Shown: positions 58,587-64,000 of the stretch, piece after piece
Numbering within the stretch: the stretch's first letter is position 1
Layout of the letters: each line of letters opens with the position of its first letter
Assembly (NCBI GenBank): GCA_964389655.1
Contig: CAYMED010000001.1
Coordinates: forward strand, 103,780 to 167,779
Reading direction: 5' to 3'
Origin: an uncultured Candidatus Poseidoniales archaeon
Lineage (GTDB): Archaea > Thermoplasmatota > Poseidoniia > Poseidoniales > CAYMED01
Length of the DNA stretch: 64,000 nt
Program-made: the position numbers and the translations under genes
Notes under the pieces: model-generated
What the model saw: the letters and a program-made list of their open reading frames with translations, nothing else
Database searches by the model: none
What the model was told of the DNA's origin: nothing

Positions 58587-59663
58587 TTATTCATCCTCTG
58601 TATCTGCTAACCAAGGGCGTAGTGCATCGATCACAGCATTAGTCCCATCAGAAAGGGGAACGTGGGGAGATTCTCCGAGATTCTCCGAGGCCTCGGCGAA
58701 AATTTTTGCAGATGCAGAACGCGAGCGTACACACGTGATGCGGTCAAACACCTTTGCCGCAATCCGAGCATTGATTCGTTGTTCATCTTGACCTGGCTCT
58801 GGAACTAATATGGCGGGTACACCTAGATGTGCAATTTCTCCAATGATTTGGCTGCCTGCTGTACAAATAACCATGTCTGATGTAGCCATGTCTTCGATAA
58901 ATGTAGCCTCTGAGATTGGCCTTTCAGTGACGTGACTGCCTTGCACAACCCCGTGCACCCCATATATCCGGAATTCTTTATGCTGTTGTTTAGAGAACTC
59001 GGCGGCAGCATGAATAGCTTTGCTCGACTTACCTCGAAAATATCCTGTGATATGTGTGCCGTTTGGTTCCCAGGTACGACCCCGCAGGGATTGACGTATC
59101 ATTGGCCCAACTAACAGAGCATCAGAATGTTTGGTTTTCAGTTTAGTAAATGGTTTTGAAACGATTGTGATTGTGGGCTTCGGGCAGAAAAAGCGGGCAG
59201 TTGCACCAATGGAGATACCCTTTATTCGGTCTCGCAGTGAAAGGAAACCCTGCGTTTTAATCACTCTAAGAAATTGCTGACTCGAAAATTCGATCAAAGG
59301 AAGTTTCCGGCGTCTTGCAAGCCGTGGCAAGATCGGTTCAAAATCTGAGATGACAATATCTGGATTGAATGAATCCAAAGTCTGGCCGATTTTCTTTGCT
59401 TGAAACAGTACTTTTGGTATGAAATGAAATGTGAATTTCACTCCAGATAGAAAATAAGAGACGCCCCAGGGAGTATTTTGGAGCCTTGGAACGGGCATTT
59501 TCTGAACCGAACCCTGGCCAAAATGCTCCTCTAGCAATTCTCTTGCATCCGCATCTGTCCAATACATGACTTCATGGCCATCTGCAATCAACGCCTCTCC
59601 CAGCGAAACTGCTCTTGTGCAATGTCCGCGCCCTTCTCCGGCCAAACCATAGGCGATTCGCAC
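58587..59663 (-). CDS. GT-B glycosyltransferase (MJ1255/VC2487-like)
   Basis: GEGRGHCTR, ISDFEP, VGPMIR, CTAG, P..GQDEQRINA. Confidence 0.82.
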   Translation of the reverse strand: MRIAYGLAGEGRGHCTRAVSLGEALIADGHEVMYWTDADARELLEEHFGQGSVQKMPVPRLQNTPWGVSYFLSGVKFTFHFIPKVLFQAKKIGQTLDSFNPDIVISDFEPILPRLARRRKLPLIEFSSQQFLRVIKTQGFLSLRDRIKGISIGATARFFCPKPTITIVSKPFTKLKTKHSDALLVGPMIRQSLRGRTWEPNGTHITGYFRGKSSKAIHAAAEFSKQQHKEFRIYGVHGVVQGSHVTERPISEATFIEDMATSDMVICTAGSQIIGEIAHLGVPAILVPEPGQDEQRINARIAAKVFDRITCVRSRSASAKIFAEASENLGESPHVPLSDGTNAVIDALRPWLADTEDE

Positions 59664-59666
59664 TTT

Positions 59667-60611
59667 TCATGCCTCTAACCGCAATGCATCCTCATTTGTT
59701 TCTTTATTCGTGTCCTCAAGAAATGAATCAGGTAATTGTTGAGTGTCACGTGGCCAATGAATCAATTCAATTCTCCCATCACTAAATTCTATGACTGATG
59801 AAAGTGTTTCAACCCAATCGCCATCATTCCAATATTCTGTACCGTCATAAATGGCATGTTTAGCATTGTGTGTATGACCGCACAATGCCATCTCACAGCC
59901 ATTCCGTCTTGCTTCTTCTGCCACTGCTCTCTCAAATGCTTCTTGGTCCTGAGCACGCTGTTTCACTTTGGCACGTAGATATGCAGATAGTGACCAGTAT
60001 GGTTTTCTCAGAAGCCAGCGTATCCCATTGACAAAATGATTGAGATACATACTCAATTCATATCCAAGGTGCCCAAGTGATGCAACCCATCTCTTTCTCC
60101 TTACAACTTGGTCGAACTCATCCCCATGTAGCACCAACATTCTCCGGCCATCCAACGTCTCGTGCACATGTTGCTGCTCTATGCAGATTTGTGCAATATT
60201 TGTCCCAACCCATCGTCGGAATGCATCGTCGTGGTTACCCGGTACATAGATCACTTCTGTCCCACTAGCAGCCCTCCGCAATATTTCTCGTAAAACGCGA
60301 TTGCAATCCTCTTTCCAATGCCATCTTCGTCCAAGCACCCACAGATCAATAACATCGCCGACAAGAACGATTTTTTCACATTCAACTTGACGAAGGAACC
60401 TCAATAGATGGTCCGGACGCGAGCCTCTAAATCCAAGGTGAATATCAGATATGAAGACTGTCTTAACTTTGATTTTGATGTCTGCTAGTCCATCAACATC
60501 TCCTCTTGGACAGATATTTCCAGTTGCAGGGTCAAAACGCAGTGCTTCTGATAACGAGGCTAGCAATTGCACCTCGTGCTTACGCCTTCGGCGCCTCGCA
60601 AACCTCCCCAT
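59667..60611 (-). CDS. PlcP/LpxH2-like metallophosphoesterase
   Basis: FISDIHLG, GDVIDLW, PGNHD, HGDEFD, YWSLSAYL, CGHTH, NDGDWVE. Confidence 0.88.
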   Translation of the reverse strand: MGRFARRRRRKHEVQLLASLSEALRFDPATGNICPRGDVDGLADIKIKVKTVFISDIHLGFRGSRPDHLLRFLRQVECEKIVLVGDVIDLWVLGRRWHWKEDCNRVLREILRRAASGTEVIYVPGNHDDAFRRWVGTNIAQICIEQQHVHETLDGRRMLVLHGDEFDQVVRRKRWVASLGHLGYELSMYLNHFVNGIRWLLRKPYWSLSAYLRAKVKQRAQDQEAFERAVAEEARRNGCEMALCGHTHNAKHAIYDGTEYWNDGDWVETLSSVIEFSDGRIELIHWPRDTQQLPDSFLEDTNKETNEDALRLEA

Positions 60612-60704
60612 TGATAGGGTTCCTAAGCATAGAGGGGTTGAACCCTTCGGCGCAGTGCTAGTTGATTTTTTTTTATCAAGTGTCTTTTCAGATTGACGAA
60701 ATCA

Positions 60705-61361
60705 TCAGTGACATGCCTTTCCATATTTTTTCAGTCGCCAGTAGTTGTAGGGCCATGGGGTTAGGAAACCAACCACGAGCATGAATGGTATTGCTATCGG
60801 ATTCATTCCTAGTTCTCCCGAGGTGAACAAGAGGTCAGTCACCTCCATCGCGATCTCCATCATTAGCATCGAGATGAATGACATTCCAAGGGCCGTTGAG
60901 AGAGCGTTTCGGAAGTCCATCTGGCCACGCATCAGGATGGCGGTCTCTAACATCACGCTGGTGATGAGGCCGTTGATGAGAGGCAGTATTGCGTAGAAGT
61001 ACCAGATGTTGGAAAATAGTTCTAGATCAGCAGTAATTCCAGAATAGGAATAGTAAGCAAGAGTTCCGAACTCACCAATTGAGCAACCGACCAAACACCA
61101 TTTCGTGTTATTCGCAGATTCTTTCCATATTGCTCGATCGGACCAATCAAATTTTGGTGCCCCTACGGTGAACCCAGCAGCAGTAATAGTTTCAACGAAC
61201 GCACCGTGCCCTACATTATCTGAGGATTCAATGCGTGCAAGGCCCGATTTATGACATACGTCAACTTCTGAGACACCTTGCATGGCTGCAAGCGCTTCGG
61301 AAAGGCGGCTAGAACAGCCTCCACAGGTCATCCCCCCTACTACAATCTCGGTACTTGTCAC
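60705..61361 (-). CDS. Heavy-metal-associated (HMA) domain fused to a DUF4396-like membrane domain
   Basis: GMTCGGC; T.WCLVGCSIGEFG, MSFISM..MEIAM, PWPYNYWRLKKYGKACH; start reassigned to GTG 61361. Confidence 0.8.
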   Translation of the reverse strand: MTSTEIVVGGMTCGGCSSRLSEALAAMQGVSEVDVCHKSGLARIESSDNVGHGAFVETITAAGFTVGAPKFDWSDRAIWKESANNTKWCLVGCSIGEFGTLAYYSYSGITADLELFSNIWYFYAILPLINGLITSVMLETAILMRGQMDFRNALSTALGMSFISMLMMEIAMEVTDLLFTSGELGMNPIAIPFMLVVGFLTPWPYNYWRLKKYGKACH

Positions 61362-61434
61362 AAGACCTTCGACTAGTGCTCTACCTATCAATGCCCCTCG
61401 CATGGTTGAAAGCATAGGCTCAGGTCCCGCCGTC

Positions 61435-64000
61435 ATGGTTGTGCCTGAGGTAACTGGTGACCTTGATCCAGTTGCGCTTGAGACCGGACTCATGAGGCTC
61501 TGGAATAAGGAAGGAACATTTGCAGCCCAAGTAAACAATCGTCGGAATGGAAAGCCCTTCATATTTCTTGAAGGCCCCCCAACAGCGAATGGGCGGCCGG
61601 GCATTCATCATGTAGTTGCCCGAACCTTCAAAGATCTAGTTTGTCGCTGGAAAGCGATGCAAGGGTATCTGGTGGAGCGAAAAGGTGGATGGGATACACA
61701 CGGTCTTCCAGTTGAAATTGAAGTTCAGAAGCGGCTGGATTTGATGAGTAATGATGCGATTGAAGAATTTGGCATGGCAGAATTCAATGAGGAATGCCGA
61801 AATAGCGTTTGGACGTATGAGCAAGCGTGGCGGGAAATGACCGAAAGAATGGCTTTTTGGGTTGATTTAGAAGACCCCTACATTACTCTGAACAACAACT
61901 ATGTCGAATCTTGTTGGTGGGCATTGAAACAGATGTTTGAGAAGAATTTGTTATATCGTGGCCACAAAGTTCTCCCATTTTGTCCACAAACGGGAACGAG
62001 TTATTCTAGTCACGAAGTTGCTCTTGGCTACAAAGAAGTTGAGGAGCCTTCTGTTTATGTAAAATTCAAATTAGTTGATCAAGCGGCTAGCATCCTTGCT
62101 TGGACGACAACCCCTTGGACCCTTCCCGGCAATGTTGGTTTAGCCGTTGGCCCGAATGTAACTTATGTTAGGGTACGCGTGGATTCCAGTTCTGGAGACT
62201 CTTGGGATGGACGTGGAGGTGCGAATGTTGGTGACGAATTGATTGTTGCAAAGGACTTGCTCAAAGACGTCATTCGAAATCAAGTATCAATCATAGATGA
62301 ATTCTCAGGTGATGATTTGGTAGGGCTAGCGTACCAACCCCTATTTCCCGATGCTGTTGATCGTGGAGAAAGTACAACTGCCTGGACAATTCTCTCGGCA
62401 GACTGGGTTACTACAACTGATGGCACAGGTGTAGTTCACACAGCAGTAATGTATGGTGAAGATGACTATAATCTCGGAATGGAAGTTGGATTGCCAGCAC
62501 AACACACTGTTGATATAGAGGGGCGTTTCATTGAAGGCACTCATCAACAACTTGATGGAAAATATGTCAAAGATTGTGATGACAGTATTATTGAGATTCT
62601 TTGTAGCGAAAATCTCCTTTATCGCGAGAAAATGTATTCTCATGACTATCCTCATTGTTGGCGAACTGAACATCCCTTGCTTTACTACGCAATGGACTCT
62701 TGGTTTGTCCGCATGACTGCAGTCAAAGAGCGCCTAATTGAGTTCAATAATCAAGTTGAGTGGGCACCAGATTGGGTTGGCGAGAAAAGATTTGGTGACT
62801 GGCTTTCAAATGTCAAAGATTGGGCAATTTCTCGTGAACGATATTGGGGGACTCCTCTCCCTGTATGGTGTACAGTATCAGGAGAAATGAAGTGCATCGG
62901 TTCAATAGCAGAACTTCAGGCCGAAGTGGCGAAGGCAGTTAAAGCAGGCTTGGCCAACCCTCCTTGTCCTGATGATGTTGATTTGCATAGGCCAGTTGTG
63001 GATCAATTCACTCTTGTTTCTGATTCAGGCGAGCCGATGAAGCGGGACCCGTTTGTGATGGATTGCTGGTTTGACTCGGGTTGCGCATCATTTGCACAAT
63101 GGCACCATCCATTTGGTGGCATCGAAAAATTTGCTGAAAACTTTCCAATCGATTATATCTGCGAGGGGGTCGACCAAACAAGGGGTTGGTTCTACACCCT
63201 CCTTGCAGTTAGTACAGCAGTCTTTGATTCCATTTGCTACAAAAGTTGCCTTTCCTTGGGGCACATCCTCGATAAAGATGGTAAGAAGATGTCCAAGTCA
63301 CGTGGTAATGTTGTTGACCCCTGGGACCATTTCAATAGAGAAGGTGCAGATGCCTCTCGATGGTATATGGTGTCGTCAGGCTCACCTTGGAATCCACTAA
63401 AATTTGATCCGGACGGTGTGCGGGAATCCTATGGGAAAATGTTTCTAACTCTATGGAATGTGCATCGCTTTCATGCTGATTATGCAGCATTGGATGGTTT
63501 TGACCCCACAGATTATGCTTTGGATTACTCCAAGCGATCTCTGCTAGATCAGTGGATCATTAGCCGCATCGACACTCTTGTTTCTTCAGTACAGGATTTG
63601 TTTGAATCTTGGGACTTCCATAAAGCCTGTAGGGAAATCGAATATTTTGTTGTTAATGATCTTTCTAATTGGTATGTGCGACGAAGCCGTCGTCGGCTTT
63701 GGGATGAAGCAGATTCAACGGATAAGACCAATTGTCAACTAACACTGCATGAGGTTCTAGTGGCAGTTAGCCAGCTAATTGCCCCTATTGCTCCATTTAT
63801 TGTGGATAAAATATATCGAAACCTCACTGGGGAATCAGTTCATCTCTCTGATTGGCCAATTCCAACCGGTGCAAAAAACCCCGAACTTGAACAAGCGATG
63901 GATCTTGTTCGTCGATTAGCAGAAGCAGGTCGGAGAGTTCGGATTGATGTGGAACGGCGTCAGCGCTTGCCATGCCGTGAAGGGTGGATTGTTGGGGGTA
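61435..64000 (+). CDS. ileS: Isoleucyl-tRNA synthetase (archaeal/eukaryotic type), runs off the window end
   Basis: Absent from ORF track; frame 1 reads EGPPTANGRPGIHH, GWDTHGLPVE, WTTTPWTLPGN, DWAISRERYWGTP, EGVDQTRGWFY, KMSKS. Confidence 0.96.
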   Translation, partial: MVVPEVTGDLDPVALETGLMRLWNKEGTFAAQVNNRRNGKPFIFLEGPPTANGRPGIHHVVARTFKDLVCRWKAMQGYLVERKGGWDTHGLPVEIEVQKRLDLMSNDAIEEFGMAEFNEECRNSVWTYEQAWREMTERMAFWVDLEDPYITLNNNYVESCWWALKQMFEKNLLYRGHKVLPFCPQTGTSYSSHEVALGYKEVEEPSVYVKFKLVDQAASILAWTTTPWTLPGNVGLAVGPNVTYVRVRVDSSSGDSWDGRGGANVGDELIVAKDLLKDVIRNQVSIIDEFSGDDLVGLAYQPLFPDAVDRGESTTAWTILSADWVTTTDGTGVVHTAVMYGEDDYNLGMEVGLPAQHTVDIEGRFIEGTHQQLDGKYVKDCDDSIIEILCSENLLYREKMYSHDYPHCWRTEHPLLYYAMDSWFVRMTAVKERLIEFNNQVEWAPDWVGEKRFGDWLSNVKDWAISRERYWGTPLPVWCTVSGEMKCIGSIAELQAEVAKAVKAGLANPPCPDDVDLHRPVVDQFTLVSDSGEPMKRDPFVMDCWFDSGCASFAQWHHPFGGIEKFAENFPIDYICEGVDQTRGWFYTLLAVSTAVFDSICYKSCLSLGHILDKDGKKMSKSRGNVVDPWDHFNREGADASRWYMVSSGSPWNPLKFDPDGVRESYGKMFLTLWNVHRFHADYAALDGFDPTDYALDYSKRSLLDQWIISRIDTLVSSVQDLFESWDFHKACREIEYFVVNDLSNWYVRRSRRRLWDEADSTDKTNCQLTLHEVLVAVSQLIAPIAPFIVDKIYRNLTGESVHLSDWPIPTGAKNPELEQAMDLVRRLAEAGRRVRIDVERRQRLPCREGWIVGG

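Noticed and set aside
59667-60611. True LpxH implying lipid A synthesis
   Set aside because: Archaeal context, no other lpx genes in the window, and motifs fit the PlcP/LpxH2 type
61362-61604. N-terminal extension of the HMA-DUF4396 ORF
   Set aside because: It overlaps the ileS 5' end on the opposite strand; GTG 61361 gives a normal HMA start

Overview
Gene-dense (~45% GC) chromosomal segment of an archaeon, most likely Marine Group II Thermoplasmatota (Poseidoniales). The archaeal call rests on informational genes (PCNA, TFS, Nop5, fibrillarin, Csl4, NMD3, archaeal-type IleRS, CCA-less tRNA-Gly). The MGII call is an inference from the mix of these with bacterial-type genes (MutM, SMUG1, IcmF, GlmS, Gln-dependent NadE) and a large anchored S8 protease. 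The standout is a three-gene lipid/polyketide operon (3719-14115): trans-acting FabI, a 2920-aa type I synthase (KS-AT-pseudoACP-KS-ACPx3-KR-DH) whose three carrier domains all have Thr where the phosphopantetheine-accepting Ser normally sits, and an Sfp-type PPTase. It is followed by tRNA-Gly and an MsbA-like exporter. Other notable items: an exosome Csl4 fused to two canonical RRMs, a degenerate TBP-fold protein, a TFS gene that seems to need an ATC start, a PlcP-like phosphoesterase plus glycosyltransferase pair, a fused aconitase X, a fused CcmA-CcmB and an internally deleted thioesterase. No CRISPR, rRNA or mobile element was seen. All calls come from motif reading only; no database searches were run.
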